Assembly: GCA_018697095.1 (NCBI GenBank)
Contig: JABHSG010000003.1
Location: 356,839 to 420,838 of the forward strand
Length of the DNA stretch: 64,000 bases
Reading direction: 5' to 3'
Origin: an archaeon
GTDB taxonomy: Archaea > Nanobdellota > Nanobdellia > Woesearchaeales > GW2011-AR9
Position numbers and translations under genes: made by a program. Below, piece after piece: positions 31,025 through 41,603 of the stretch. Within the stretch, counting starts at the first letter, position 1; the number at the start of each line of letters is the position of its first letter. The notes below the pieces were generated by a model. The model was not told the origin of the DNA, searched no databases, and worked only from the letters and a program-made list of their open reading frames with translations.

Positions 31025-31852
31025 TCATCTCTGGCACTTAGGGCAGTGATACGTTCCTCTGCCATTTAGTTTAGTCTTCACAATATCGCTCCCACAAGTA
31101 CCACAACTCTTTTTCCCATACGCTTTCAAAAATGAACTGAACTTTCCTGCTTCCCCATTAGTTGTCACGTACTTTCCATCAAAAGTGGTCCCATTGTTTT
31201 TTATGGCAACAAGAAGCAGTGGAGCAATATGTGAATACAACTTTTTCAGTTTAGTCTCTTTCAAATTTTTAACTAATGTAGAAGGCAAAACCCCAATCAA
31301 ATAACAAAGTTCTATTGCATAGATATTACCTAGCCCAGCAATTACTTTTTGATCAAGTAGCGCAGTTTTAATTGCCACATTTGCTCGCTTAGAAACATTC
31401 GATAAAAATAAATCATAATCAATAAAAAGTGCATCATCACCTAATTTGCGTGAAGCAAAATAAGAATCAACTTCACTTTCATTCATCAACTCCATAGTTC
31501 CAAATTTACGTTGGTCATTAAAGAGTAAACCAGACTTATCGGAAAATCTAAACAAAACTCTTGTATGTTTATCATGTCCCTTCTTATCTAAATTAGATAA
31601 CGCTCTGCTGTCTACGTGAATATATTGCCCAGTCATGCGCAAATGTGAAATCATACTAACATCATTACTAAAAGAAAACATCAAATATTTACCATAGCGC
31701 TTAACATCAATTATTTCAAGTCCATTTAATTCAGATCCTTCAAGTGCAACTCCTCTGCCTGCACCAATTAATTCAACTTCTAAGACTTTTTTCCCAATCA
31801 CAGTATCAATTAGTCCAATCCGTACTGTTTCAACTTCGGGTAATTCAGGCAT
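31025..31852 (-). CDS. formamidopyrimidine-DNA glycosylase / endonuclease VIII family (Fpg/Nei)
   Basis: N-terminus MPELPEVE with catalytic Pro2. H2TH region. C-terminal zinc finger CGTCGS...YHCPKCQ. Confidence 0.85.
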   Translation of the reverse strand: MPELPEVETVRIGLIDTVIGKKVLEVELIGAGRGVALEGSELNGLEIIDVKRYGKYLMFSFSNDVSMISHLRMTGQYIHVDSRALSNLDKKGHDKHTRVLFRFSDKSGLLFNDQRKFGTMELMNESEVDSYFASRKLGDDALFIDYDLFLSNVSKRANVAIKTALLDQKVIAGLGNIYAIELCYLIGVLPSTLVKNLKETKLKKLYSHIAPLLLVAIKNNGTTFDGKYVTTNGEAGKFSSFLKAYGKKSCGTCGSDIVKTKLNGRGTYHCPKCQR

Positions 31853-31951
31853 ATTTTCTTTCCTACAAGTATACTAGCCAATTCATTATTATTAATTAAA
31901 AATAACTTCCAGAAATCTAATAATAAAAATAAAAAAAAATTTAAAATGTGA

Positions 31952-32173
31952 TTACTTCTTTTTAGTAGCTTTTTTCTTAGCAGCACCGCCCATGATTCTG
32001 TACATTCCTGTAGTACATTCGGGACATTTACCTTTCATAGCTGAGCGACCATTTTTCATAGTTACTTCTTTAGCTTCACTCATTTCACGCTTTGCTTTAC
32101 ATTTAACACAGTATGCTTCTACCATTTTTTTATAACACCTCAATATATGACTATTAAGAAATACCCTTGGCAC
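31952..32173 (-). CDS. small zinc-ribbon protein with poly-Lys tail (DUF5679-like)
   Basis: CVKCK...CPEC followed by a KKKATKKK tail. The true start may be the internal Met (MVEAYC). Confidence 0.45.
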   Translation of the reverse strand: MPRVFLNSHILRCYKKMVEAYCVKCKAKREMSEAKEVTMKNGRSAMKGKCPECTTGMYRIMGGAAKKKATKKK

Positions 32174-32403
32174 TTCTAATCAACTAAGCTTAAGACCAAG
32201 TTCCCCCTTAAAAAGATTTGGATTCTAGTTTAGTCTCAAAAAACCCCTCAAAAGCACATTATTTGCTTCAATTTAAACTAAGAAGACAGAATTTCTCTTT
32301 TATCGGCATTTTTGGTTTCCTTTATAACGGTTTAAATTATCAAAATCTAGAAATATATTTAAACTCTAAAAAAAGTTAAAATTCAATGAAATAAGGGTGT
32401 TTT

Positions 32404-32601
32404 ATGGTGGCAGAGCAAGAAGAATTAGAATTTTACGATGTAAAGACAAAAGCTAAGTTCAAATCAAAAAATTACGAAGTTAGAGTAAGGGAAGTAAAAA
32501 GAACCAAAAGATATTTTGCAGTGACAAAATCTTTAGCTGGTGAACATGAATGTTGGCGAGTTATTTCTAGTGACAAAGCAAAAGAACTCGGAGCAATCTG
32601 A
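32404..32601 (+). CDS. small basic protein, possible nucleic-acid binding
   Basis: 65-aa K/R-rich ORF with a plausible AT-rich promoter upstream. Confidence 0.3.
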   Translation: MVAEQEELEFYDVKTKAKFKSKNYEVRVREVKRTKRYFAVTKSLAGEHECWRVISSDKAKELGAI

Positions 32602-32957
32602 TTTTTTCTAAACAATTATTTCTTTTTTGCCAAATATATTTTTAAATGAACATTAGTTTCAGGCAAAAGTATGGTGCCTAACTTAGAAGAATCAGTTAAT
32701 GTAAAGTGACCAAACTCCATCTAAACTTGGAATTGCTTATGAGAAAGCCCGAGATTATATCAGCATAGTTGGAGAAGCAAGATTTGCAGCTGGTGTTGTC
32801 GGATTTCTGGGTTTAGTAGTCTCAGGGACATATGGTATTTCTAAACATAGTTGTTCGAATCCAAACTATCCTCCTGCAGAAAAATTTGTAAGGGTATCCG
32901 CTGGAAATTATGAATTTCGTTCACCATATGGTGGGATTCAACACTAACGCTGTTTTT

Positions 32958-33281
32958 CTAGTTTAACACTTCACTCACTTCTTTGTCACTCACGAACGTC
33001 TTAGTAATAACTTCTTTTTCATCCGCGCTAAACTGTTTAACTACTGCAAATACTCCTTTAGTAATTCCACGTCCAACAGTATATTCTAAAACAACAACTC
33101 GCGCAAGAAAATTCCAATTACTATCACGTAAGTCCATTGGCACATTAATTTGATACAATCTGTGTCCTTCTTTAGAAAAAGTATGTTCGCGTCCAATTTC
33201 CAAAGAATCAGGAATCTCAGAACTAGGTAAGCGCAAACATGCCTGTAACAAAAAAGGATTTCCCATCAAACTATCTCTCAA
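32958..33281 (-). CDS. hypothetical small protein (likely shorter, starting at an internal Met)
   Basis: ORF immediately downstream of valS. No motif recognised. Confidence 0.25.
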   Translation of the reverse strand: MRDSLMGNPFLLQACLRLPSSEIPDSLEIGREHTFSKEGHRLYQINVPMDLRDSNWNFLARVVVLEYTVGRGITKGVFAVVKQFSADEKEVITKTFVSDKEVSEVLN

Positions 33282-35919
33282 CTAGTAACTTGATTCCAAA
33301 CTTCTCAGTCTCAAGAACCTCAGCCCCAGAAATGTCATCAGAACTAAACACAAATTCTTTGACATGCGTTACTGCCTTTAAGTCATCAATCAATCTTGAA
33401 ATGTCTTTTTCAAAATTCTCTTCGCTACAACTAAGAACAACTTCACTTAACTCTTCTTTCAAACTAAGTTTATTTGTACTCTTATATTTTCGAACTGCAT
33501 TAATAATTTCAATTCCCATATCACCAACCTTTTCACAGCTTGCATCTATTTCTAACTGGTTACCAACGGGCCAAGAAGCATTGTGCACAGAAACAGCGTC
33601 GCAACCATCAACTTTCCCACGAAAGAACAATTGATAAATTTCTTCACAGATGTGTGGTGTGATTGGAGCCATAAGCCTAACAACGCACCAAAGAGATTCC
33701 CAAAGTGCAGCTTGCGCAGAAGTCCGCTCAGCTTTTCCACGTGAATCAGGGTTATACAAACGGTCTTTAACAATTTCTAAATATTGATCACATAGCATTT
33801 GCCAAAAGAAAATCTCAGAACTTCCTTTAGCTCGTGCATATTCATAGTTATCAAAAAACGCAGTAGATGAATCAATAGCACGTTGCATCTTAGCTAAAAG
33901 CCAATGATCAAACACTTCTGTGACTTTTCCTTTCCCAGAATCAACGTCAAAGTCACTTAAGTGCATCATTGAAAACTTTGAAGCATTCCATAACTTGTTT
34001 ACAAACTTCTGACCAGTTTTTACATCTTTTTCTTGGTATGGCAAATCTTCTCCAAGTTTTGATCCTGCAGACCAATAACGAATCGCATCTCCACTAAATT
34101 TGTCCATCACATCTTGTGGTGCAACAACATTTCCTTTACTCTTACTCATTTTGTTTCCACGCGGATCTAAAACAAATCCAGAAATTGTAACATCTTTCCA
34201 TGGGTTTACTCCATAAAGCAAACGAGTTTTAGCCATCGTGTAAAACATCCAAAAATTAATGATGTCATGCGCTTGAGGGCGAAGTGACATTGGAAATAAA
34301 CGTGCACGTACTTTTTCATCTTTAACTAGTTCGGTCCCCAAAAAAGGAGTTGAAGAAGAAGTAAACCAAGTATCAAAAACATCAATTTCGCCAGTTAACT
34401 CAATGTTATCTGCCACGCCAAGTGGACGATCTACAGTTGGGTCTACTGGTAGTTGACTCTCGTCTGCATAGTACACTTTGCCAGATTTATCATACCAAAC
34501 AGGAATGGAAATTCCATAGTGGCGCTGCCGTGAGAATCCCCAGTCCCAATTAAGACCTTTAATCCAATTATCAAGTCGAGACTTCATATGTTTTGGATTC
34601 CAACCAAGTTCATCTGAAGCAGCCAAAAATTCTTCTTTGCGATCCAAATAATTCACATACCATTGCTGTGAAACAATAAACTCGACTTCTCTTCCAGATC
34701 TTTCACCAACATTTACAATCTGCTCTTTTTTCTCTTTGAAAATGATATGTCCTGCTTTTTCTAAGTCAACAATGATTTTCTTACGTGCTTCTGCTGCATT
34801 AAGTTCAGCGTAATCACCAGCAATTTCTAGTAGTTTTCCATCTTTGCCAATCAAATTAATTGGTTCGGCTTTATGGCGAATTACCCATTCAATATCTTCT
34901 TGTCCACCATAAGAACAAAAGTATGCAATCCCAGAACCTAAATCACTGCGAACAGCTTCATCATGACTAATAGTAAAAGACTTTTCCAAAAATGGAATTG
35001 AGGCAGATAAACCAATCAAATCTTTCCCAGTTAATTCACCAAGAACTTCATATTCAACAGACGAAAATTTTTCAGCATAAGTTTCCTTTCCTGTAATCCA
35101 AATTTCATTAGTTTCTTTAACTTTAAGACGAACATAAGTCCCTTTTTCTTCAACACTCATTCCAACGCATGCATACAGCATTTCTGGCCTAGTGGTTGCA
35201 TAAATAACGAACACATCACTGTCTGCTTCACTTAATTTTTCAACTCCTGTGCCACTAAGTTTTGCCTTAACATAACTAAGCCAACCAGTGGTTTTCTTAT
35301 CTTCAAGTTCTGCTTGCGCAATTGCTGTTTGAAATTGCGGGTCCCAAAGTACTGGGCCACGCCGACGCTCAACTAAACTCTTCTTAGCCAGTTGTAAAAA
35401 ACTACGCTGCGAAATACATCTAGAATGATCATCAATAGTAGAATATAATTTTTTAAAATCGCAACTCATCCCAATATTTTTCCAATCACCAATAAATGCA
35501 GGCCTAGCTTCATCTAAATATTCAAGGCAGATACGAATTGCTTCGCTACGTGGCAATTTACGAAGGTTTACTTTCTTCTCTTTTTGAACTAGTTTTTCAG
35601 TAGCAAGTCCGTTGTCATCTGTTCCAAATGGATAAAATACATTGAAACCTTTCATACGTTTATATCTTGCAATAAAATCTTGCTGAGTGTAACTACAAGC
35701 GTGCCCAAGGTGCATCTTCCCACTTACTGTTGGTGGAGGTGTATCAATTGAGTAAACTTCAGTCTTAAGATCACTCTCATCAAAAACATAAACTCCTTCT
35801 TGCTCCCAAAACTTTTGCCATTTGGCTTCACTAATTTTGGAATCATATTGCTGTGGGATTGAAGAATCACTACTTGGATTTTGAACCTTAGAATCATTAC
35901 TTGTTGCCATAACAAGCAC
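33271..35919 (-). CDS. valS: valyl-tRNA synthetase
   Basis: HIGH motif in PPPTVSGKMHLGHA. KMSKS motif as NKMSKSKGN. Editing domain and anticodon-binding helical domain present. Length 882 aa. Confidence 0.9.
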   Translation of the reverse strand: MLVMATSNDSKVQNPSSDSSIPQQYDSKISEAKWQKFWEQEGVYVFDESDLKTEVYSIDTPPPTVSGKMHLGHACSYTQQDFIARYKRMKGFNVFYPFGTDDNGLATEKLVQKEKKVNLRKLPRSEAIRICLEYLDEARPAFIGDWKNIGMSCDFKKLYSTIDDHSRCISQRSFLQLAKKSLVERRRGPVLWDPQFQTAIAQAELEDKKTTGWLSYVKAKLSGTGVEKLSEADSDVFVIYATTRPEMLYACVGMSVEEKGTYVRLKVKETNEIWITGKETYAEKFSSVEYEVLGELTGKDLIGLSASIPFLEKSFTISHDEAVRSDLGSGIAYFCSYGGQEDIEWVIRHKAEPINLIGKDGKLLEIAGDYAELNAAEARKKIIVDLEKAGHIIFKEKKEQIVNVGERSGREVEFIVSQQWYVNYLDRKEEFLAASDELGWNPKHMKSRLDNWIKGLNWDWGFSRQRHYGISIPVWYDKSGKVYYADESQLPVDPTVDRPLGVADNIELTGEIDVFDTWFTSSSTPFLGTELVKDEKVRARLFPMSLRPQAHDIINFWMFYTMAKTRLLYGVNPWKDVTISGFVLDPRGNKMSKSKGNVVAPQDVMDKFSGDAIRYWSAGSKLGEDLPYQEKDVKTGQKFVNKLWNASKFSMMHLSDFDVDSGKGKVTEVFDHWLLAKMQRAIDSSTAFFDNYEYARAKGSSEIFFWQMLCDQYLEIVKDRLYNPDSRGKAERTSAQAALWESLWCVVRLMAPITPHICEEIYQLFFRGKVDGCDAVSVHNASWPVGNQLEIDASCEKVGDMGIEIINAVRKYKSTNKLSLKEELSEVVLSCSEENFEKDISRLIDDLKAVTHVKEFVFSSDDISGAEVLETEKFGIKLLVER

Positions 35920-35998
35920 ACCGCTCTCTATTATATAAAAACCTTAGTGCTAGTAATTATAAAAACAAATATAAACCCCTTTTCTTTAACTAGTCTTT

Positions 35999-36664
35999 AT
36001 GAGGTTGATTTATGGTGCAGAAGCTTTTGAAGGGATCGTACACGATCTTTTAGGTCATGATATTACTGAGAACGGAATAATCATCAAATTTCAGCCAACT
36101 AGAAAAGAAGGTATCATTTTAGGTGATGATGATCAAAGAACAGTTTTTCTAAATTCTTCATTAAACCACGGTTTAACTCAAGTAAAACATTTTGTGATTG
36201 ATAAAAAAAGACCAGGCATGATTTGTATTAGTGCAAACCCTCTTCTAAAAAAAGGGGAACTAATGAATCAGATTTTATTGAACCAAATTATCCCACTCAA
36301 AAACGTAATCTTTTTGGGGTCACATGAGTATTCAAAACCAGAATTAGATTTTCTAAATAATAACAAATTACATTTTTTCCCAATGCATGAAATAGCAAGT
36401 GAAGGTTATCATGAAGTTTGCGAATCAGTTATGTCTATTTCTAAAAGGTTCACTGACCTATATATCTTAATAGATTCAAGTATCCTTGATCAATCCATTC
36501 TTCACGCTGGACGTCCTGGTGGACTTATGCCAAGAGAATTAGTTTTTATTCTGCAAAGACTAAAACATCTAAAACCTTTAGATACATTTGAATTAGTGAT
36601 TTCTCCAGCAGCTAGGGATCTAGCAGTAAAAATCTTAAGTCAAATTTACGTTGACAAAAAATAA
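35999..36664 (+). CDS. hypothetical protein, possibly a degenerate arginase/deacetylase-fold protein
   Basis: RPGGLMPRELVFILQRL resembles the arginase PGGLSxxE motif. The upstream YILIDSSILDQ loosely resembles SxDxDxxDP, but with metal ligands replaced. Confidence 0.3.
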   Translation: MRLIYGAEAFEGIVHDLLGHDITENGIIIKFQPTRKEGIILGDDDQRTVFLNSSLNHGLTQVKHFVIDKKRPGMICISANPLLKKGELMNQILLNQIIPLKNVIFLGSHEYSKPELDFLNNNKLHFFPMHEIASEGYHEVCESVMSISKRFTDLYILIDSSILDQSILHAGRPGGLMPRELVFILQRLKHLKPLDTFELVISPAARDLAVKILSQIYVDKK

Positions 36665-36681
36665 TATATCTAGGTAAAAAA

Positions 36682-37797
36682 ATGAAGACAAAAAACAACC
36701 AAAAAAATAATCTTTTTTTAATAACAACAGTACTTGCTATTGTAGCAATTCTAGTGATGTTTGCTGGCCCAAATATCTTGGATCAAGAAATTGATTCAAT
36801 TGTGGGAGAAGCATTTTCAACAAGAAGTTCTTCAGCCACAAAAGGTGGCTCTATTTTAGATTCAATTCAAAAACAAGAAACTTTTGAATTTTGTACTGAT
36901 AGTGATCTTGGAAATGATCCTGAACTTTATGGGGTAGTTGAGATTACTTCAAAGTCTGGAACTACTTCTAGTAGTTGGGGTGATTCTTGTCACACTGATG
37001 GCACAGTCCAATATGAAGCAGTCTGCTCTTTTGATGAAAATGGGGAAGAAGTAGCAGATTTTATTGGAACAAGTTGTGATTGTCAAAGTGGCGAATGTAT
37101 TGCTCAAATGCAACATGCAGAAGACAATCAATTTGGAATATCAGAAGAAATAATTGAACAATTAAAGGATGATCTAAGGATAAGCCATGAATCTCCAAGG
37201 TCAGCAGAAAAATTAAAAACTTTTGATGGACCAATAGTGGAAGTAGATTCTTTAGTAAGAGAAGAAGGTGATGATAGCACTTTTATTGAAAGGGACTCTT
37301 GTGAAGATTCAGATGGTTTAGACTACGCTGTTTCTGGTGAAGTAGACTTTTTAGATGAACAAAGCCATGTTGTAACTTGGGAAGATACTTGTATTGAACA
37401 AACAAATGTTCTTTACGAATGGTATTGTAGTGAAGATTTGATTCCAAAATATGAAGCAGTAAATTGTGTAAGAGGTTGTGATGAAGGTATTTGTATTGGT
37501 GGAATGGTTTCTACTGAGGCCTCAGCTGACGATTTAGTTGATACATCTCCAGATGCAAGTGATATAGAACTACTTGACACTTGCATAGAAACCGATGGGG
37601 GTAACGACCCATATACCAGAGGTGATTTAACTATTGCTGCTGGTGCACCAATTAGTGACTGGTGTAATAGCGCAGGAAGACTAATTGAGTATTATTGTGA
37701 ATCTGGCTCAGCTATAGAGCAGTCTTATGAGGTTTACGATTGTGCAACTAGTTGTGTGGATGGTGCATGTGAAACTCCTCCGATTGAAGTGGAGTAA
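36682..37797 (+). CDS. secreted cysteine-rich protein with three copies of a C-x-DSD...YYC...GC..C module
   Basis: N-terminal TM/signal. Three ~70-aa repeats, each with 6 Cys (CTDSDLGND...CDCQSGEC, CEDSDGLDY...CVRGCDEGIC, CIETDGGND...CATSCVDGAC). Confidence 0.5.
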   Translation: MKTKNNQKNNLFLITTVLAIVAILVMFAGPNILDQEIDSIVGEAFSTRSSSATKGGSILDSIQKQETFEFCTDSDLGNDPELYGVVEITSKSGTTSSSWGDSCHTDGTVQYEAVCSFDENGEEVADFIGTSCDCQSGECIAQMQHAEDNQFGISEEIIEQLKDDLRISHESPRSAEKLKTFDGPIVEVDSLVREEGDDSTFIERDSCEDSDGLDYAVSGEVDFLDEQSHVVTWEDTCIEQTNVLYEWYCSEDLIPKYEAVNCVRGCDEGICIGGMVSTEASADDLVDTSPDASDIELLDTCIETDGGNDPYTRGDLTIAAGAPISDWCNSAGRLIEYYCESGSAIEQSYEVYDCATSCVDGACETPPIEVE

Positions 37798-37902
37798 AAT
37801 TAACTAAACAAAAATAATTTTTTATTTATTTACTTTTTTCTTCTTTCAAAATTCAATTTTTCTAGCAAGCTTTTTAAACTACAATAAGGCAAGGCTACTT
37901 GT

Positions 37903-37998
37903 GGGCCTGTAGCATAGTCTGGATATTGCGGCCGGCTTCGGGTTGCAGCAATGCAAAAAGACACCGGCAGGTCAGGGGTTCGAATCCTCTCAGGCTCA
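37903..37998 (+). tRNA. tRNA-Arg (anticodon TCG) with a ~21-nt intron after position 37
   Basis: Manual fold. Acceptor stem GGGCCTG/CAGGCTC (7 bp, one G-U). Anticodon stem GCCGG/CCGGC. Anticodon loop CTTCGG|A, with the intron at 37942-37962 that itself contains a TTGCA..TGCAA hairpin. T-arm AGGGG-TTCGAAT-CCTCT. Discriminator A. T-tract immediately 3'. Confidence 0.7.
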
Positions 37999-38009
37999 CT
38001 TTTTTTCTT

Positions 38010-38453
38010 TTAATTTCTTTTTGCTTTCATTTCCTTGTGTATTTTTTCTCCCTCAGAATACATTGTAAACATTCTTTGTGGGTAATCTCCTCTGGTAGAA
38101 AGATCTCTTACATCACTGCCAACATAAATTCCTTTGTCCTGAAATCCTAAATCTACAATAAAAGGACCAGGTTCACTAGTAAATCTCTTAGAAACATAGC
38201 AAGATGACGTATCTTTGATTCCTGTGTCAAAATAACTAACACAATACAAGTCAACCTCACCATCGGAGTCAATATCGACAAACGTTTCGCTGCCAGTAAA
38301 AATTACAGAATTTCGCGATGGATTGTATACTGTTACTTGGTCTCCTGTCATAAGAGATTTTGCTTTATCTTCATTAAAATAGCTACAGCCACCTAATGTA
38401 CTCATACTTAACAAACTCAAACCCACCATTCCAACATATTTTTCTATTGTCAT
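38010..38453 (-). CDS. lipoprotein-like secreted protein
   Basis: Hydrophobic leader ending in LGGCSY. Length 147 aa. Confidence 0.4.
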   Translation of the reverse strand: MTIEKYVGMVGLSLLSMSTLGGCSYFNEDKAKSLMTGDQVTVYNPSRNSVIFTGSETFVDIDSDGEVDLYCVSYFDTGIKDTSSCYVSKRFTSEPGPFIVDLGFQDKGIYVGSDVRDLSTRGDYPQRMFTMYSEGEKIHKEMKAKRN

Positions 38454-38553
38454 GTGGTATCACCAAATACTAAGAACTAATAGTTCTTATAAAAAGAATT
38501 GTTGGTAGAAAAAACCGACAATATTAAAAAGATAATCATTAATCATCAACAAA

Positions 38554-39285
38554 ATGGCAACTATCACTATCAATGAAGCTCTGACTTCTTTTGGACTCTC
38601 CCAAAAAGAAACAAAAATCTATCTTGCTTCTTTAGAACTAGGAACTAGTACAGCTAATAATATTGCAAACAAAGCAAAAATCAACCGTTCAACGACATAC
38701 GATATTCTCAAAGACTTTCAAGAAAAAGGTCTTGCCTCAAAAACAACTATTGGTCATACAGCAAATTTTGAAGTGGTGGGTCCAAAGCAGCTTCTTGCAA
38801 AACTTGACGAGAAAAAACATAAACTTAAGGCTGTCCAAGATCAATTAGAGCTCATCCAAAAAAGAACAGCAAATAAACCTACAGTTCAGGTATTTCAAGG
38901 CCACGAGGGTGTAAAAACAATTCTTGAAGATATTTTAAATGCTCAAAAACCAATTGATGTGATTTCAAGTTCCAAAATATTCACTGTCTTCAAATATTAC
39001 TTTCCTCATTATATTGCAAAAAGAAAAAAAATTAAGATCAAAACTAGGGTTTTGCAAGAACCTTCAATTCAAACTCGCGCTTTAAAACGCAAAGATTCAA
39101 GTGAATTACGCAAAACAAGAACTCTAAAAAACTGTGACCTAAACACAGTAACTTTCATTTATTCAAATAAAGTAGCACAAATCAAACTCAACAAAGATGA
39201 TCTGATGGCAACACTTACAACAGACAATACTATTGCAAAAGATCAAAGACAACTCTTTGAGTTCTTATGGAGAAAATCGCGCTAA
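38554..39285 (+). CDS. TrmB-like transcriptional regulator
   Basis: N-terminal TrmB wHTH (FGLSQKETKIYLASLELGTSTANNIANKAKINRSTTYDILKDFQEKGLA). Confidence 0.6.
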   Translation: MATITINEALTSFGLSQKETKIYLASLELGTSTANNIANKAKINRSTTYDILKDFQEKGLASKTTIGHTANFEVVGPKQLLAKLDEKKHKLKAVQDQLELIQKRTANKPTVQVFQGHEGVKTILEDILNAQKPIDVISSSKIFTVFKYYFPHYIAKRKKIKIKTRVLQEPSIQTRALKRKDSSELRKTRTLKNCDLNTVTFIYSNKVAQIKLNKDDLMATLTTDNTIAKDQRQLFEFLWRKSR

Positions 39286-39331
39286 TATGACAGGCGCAAG
39301 CTTCTTAAACTAATGTCTCTCAATTTTTCTC

Positions 39332-40099
39332 ATGGCACTAAAATCTAAAATACATGGCGATGACATGCAACTAGTCGAAATAACTCTTGGAGCATCTGAC
39401 AAAGTACGAGCAGAACCTGGCTCCATGCTTTACATGCAATCTCCAATTAAACTTAGTACAAATACTGGTGGCGGACTTTGGAAAGGTTTCAAACGTATGC
39501 TTACTGGTGATCGATTCTTTATCTCTACATTCGAAACAACAAATAATGAATCAGGCATGGTAGCTTTCGCAGCGCCATATCCTGGAAAAATAATTGAATT
39601 AAAAATCAAGTCTAGTAAAAACATGCTCTGTCAACGTGATTCATTTCTGTGCGCAGAAAAATCTGTTGATATTGATATTGCTTTTACAAAACGTTTAGGT
39701 GCTGGCTTTTTTGGTGGCGAAGGATTCATCTTGCAAAAACTAAGTGGCTCTGGAGACGCTTTTATTCATGCAGGTGGAACTGTTATCGAGAAAACCCTAA
39801 AACAAGGAGAAAGTCTTCGAGTTGACACAGGTTCCATTGTAGCTTTTGAAGAGGGAGTTGATTATGACATCAAATTCATCGGCGGGTTCAAGAACGCTTT
39901 ATTCGGTGGCGAAGGGATTTTTCTAGCAACTCTTACTGGTCCTGGGAAAGTCTATTTACAAAGTTTGCCTTTCGCAAGACTTGCTCGTAGAATTGCTATG
40001 GCAACTCATACTCACAAAAACAAAGGTGAATCAAGAGGCGTTGCAGGTCTTGGCAACAGTGTACTAGGCGGCCTTCTGTCCGGCGATGGCAAGATCTAG
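39332..40099 (+). CDS. AIM24/DUF124 (TIGR00266) family protein
   Basis: MQLVEITLGASDKVRAEPGSMLYM and the repeated GGEGF glycine-rich β-strands fit the AIM24 family pattern. Confidence 0.55.
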   Translation: MALKSKIHGDDMQLVEITLGASDKVRAEPGSMLYMQSPIKLSTNTGGGLWKGFKRMLTGDRFFISTFETTNNESGMVAFAAPYPGKIIELKIKSSKNMLCQRDSFLCAEKSVDIDIAFTKRLGAGFFGGEGFILQKLSGSGDAFIHAGGTVIEKTLKQGESLRVDTGSIVAFEEGVDYDIKFIGGFKNALFGGEGIFLATLTGPGKVYLQSLPFARLARRIAMATHTHKNKGESRGVAGLGNSVLGGLLSGDGKI

Positions 40100-40184
40100 G
40101 TTTAGACCATTTTTCTTTATTTTTTCTTAATATTCTCTTTATTCTCAATAAACTTTTATAAGGGTGCCACAATAATAACTCTCT

Positions 40185-41558
40185 ATGGTTTTAGATAAGC
40201 TAGGTAGTTCCCTTAGAGGAACATTGGACAAGATTAAATCAGCTATCTTTGTAGATGATAAGCTAATCAATGAGCTAGTTAAAGACCTTCAGCGTGCACT
40301 TCTTCAATCAGACACTAACGTTCAATTGGTTTTCAAACTTGGAAAAGCTATCAAAGAGCGTTCCAAAGAAGAAACTCCAAAATCTATCTCCAAGCGTGAC
40401 CATTTAATCAAAATTGTTTATGAAGAACTCACTACATTTTTAGGGGAAGAAACTAGCGAATTAAAAATAGACAAGTCTCCAACTATTCTGATGCTTGTTG
40501 GGCTTTTTGGTGCTGGAAAAACAACAACTGCAGGAAAACTTGCTAATTTTTACAAAAAGCGTGGTAAAAAAGTGGCAGTAGTTCAAACTGACACTTGGCG
40601 TCCAGCGGCGTACGAACAGCTTGAGCAAACAGCCAAATCAATCAATGTAGATTTTTATGGTGATAAAGAAGCTAAAACACCTGAATCTGTTTACAATAAA
40701 TATAAAGTCGCTCTTAAAGAAAAATATGATCTAATTATTGTTGATACTGCCGGGCGAGATGCTTTAAGTGACGAATTAGTAACAGAACTTGAAGCTCTTC
40801 ACACTGCAGTACAAGCTGATGAAAAAATTCTGGTGATCCAAGCAGACTTAGGACAAGCTGCGCAAAAACAAGCTCAGATGTTTCATGATGTTGTGAAAGT
40901 TACTGGGGTTATTGTTACTAAAATTGAAGGTACTGCTAAAGGTGGTGGTGCATTAAGTGCATGTGCAGTAACTGGTGCTCCAATAAAATTCATTGGTGTT
41001 GGAGAAAAAGTTGATGACTTGGAAGTCTTTCATCCAAAACGTTTCGTCGGACAACTTCTTGGTATGGGCGACTTGGAAACTCTTCTTGAAAAAGCTAGTG
41101 AAGCGTTTAAAATGGAAAATGCAGAGGACATGGCTGGCAGATTCATGAAAGGTAATTTTAATCTTAATGATCTTTATGGACAAATGGAATCTATGAAAAA
41201 GATGGGTTCTTTTCAAAAAATAATGGGACTAATCCCTGGGATGAGTAATTTAAAACTTCCAAAAGAAGCACTCGATGTTCAAGAAGGTAAACTCAAAAAA
41301 TGGAAATTCATTATGGACTCTATGACAAATAATGAAAAAGAAAATCCAGATACAATTAATCCAAATAGAATTGATCGAATCGTAGCAGGTTCAGGAACAT
41401 CAACAAGGCAAGTACGTGAACTTCTAAAACAATATCGTCAGTCCAAAAAAATGATGAAAATGATGAAAGGGAGCATGGGCGATATGGCTGGTGGAAAAGC
41501 AGACGATAAAAAGATGCAAAAGATGATGGCAAAGATGCAGCGTAAGATGAAACGATAA
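40185..41558 (+). CDS. srp54: signal recognition particle protein SRP54
   Basis: N domain. G domain with [15 protein letters not shown] and DTAGR. Met-rich C-terminal M domain. Confidence 0.9.
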   Translation: MVLDKLGSSLRGTLDKIKSAIFVDDKLINELVKDLQRALLQSDTNVQLVFKLGKAIKERSKEETPKSISKRDHLIKIVYEELTTFLGEETSELKIDKSPTILMLVGLFGAGKTTTAGKLANFYKKRGKKVAVVQTDTWRPAAYEQLEQTAKSINVDFYGDKEAKTPESVYNKYKVALKEKYDLIIVDTAGRDALSDELVTELEALHTAVQADEKILVIQADLGQAAQKQAQMFHDVVKVTGVIVTKIEGTAKGGGALSACAVTGAPIKFIGVGEKVDDLEVFHPKRFVGQLLGMGDLETLLEKASEAFKMENAEDMAGRFMKGNFNLNDLYGQMESMKKMGSFQKIMGLIPGMSNLKLPKEALDVQEGKLKKWKFIMDSMTNNEKENPDTINPNRIDRIVAGSGTSTRQVRELLKQYRQSKKMMKMMKGSMGDMAGGKADDKKMQKMMAKMQRKMKR

Positions 41559-41603
41559 CTTTGTTTCTAAAAACATTCAGTATCCAGCTAAAAAAAGTGC
41601 TTT

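Noticed and set aside
32860-32930. GTTCGAATCC (canonical tRNA T-loop sequence) inside a 6-bp hairpin ATAGTT...AACTAT
   Set aside because: No acceptor, D or anticodon arms can be folded around it. It is an isolated hairpin in an intergenic region, not a tRNA or an obvious tRNA fragment.
37899-38150. 83-aa ORF from the six-frame track
   Set aside because: It reads straight through the tRNA-Arg gene and its poly-T terminator. Spurious.
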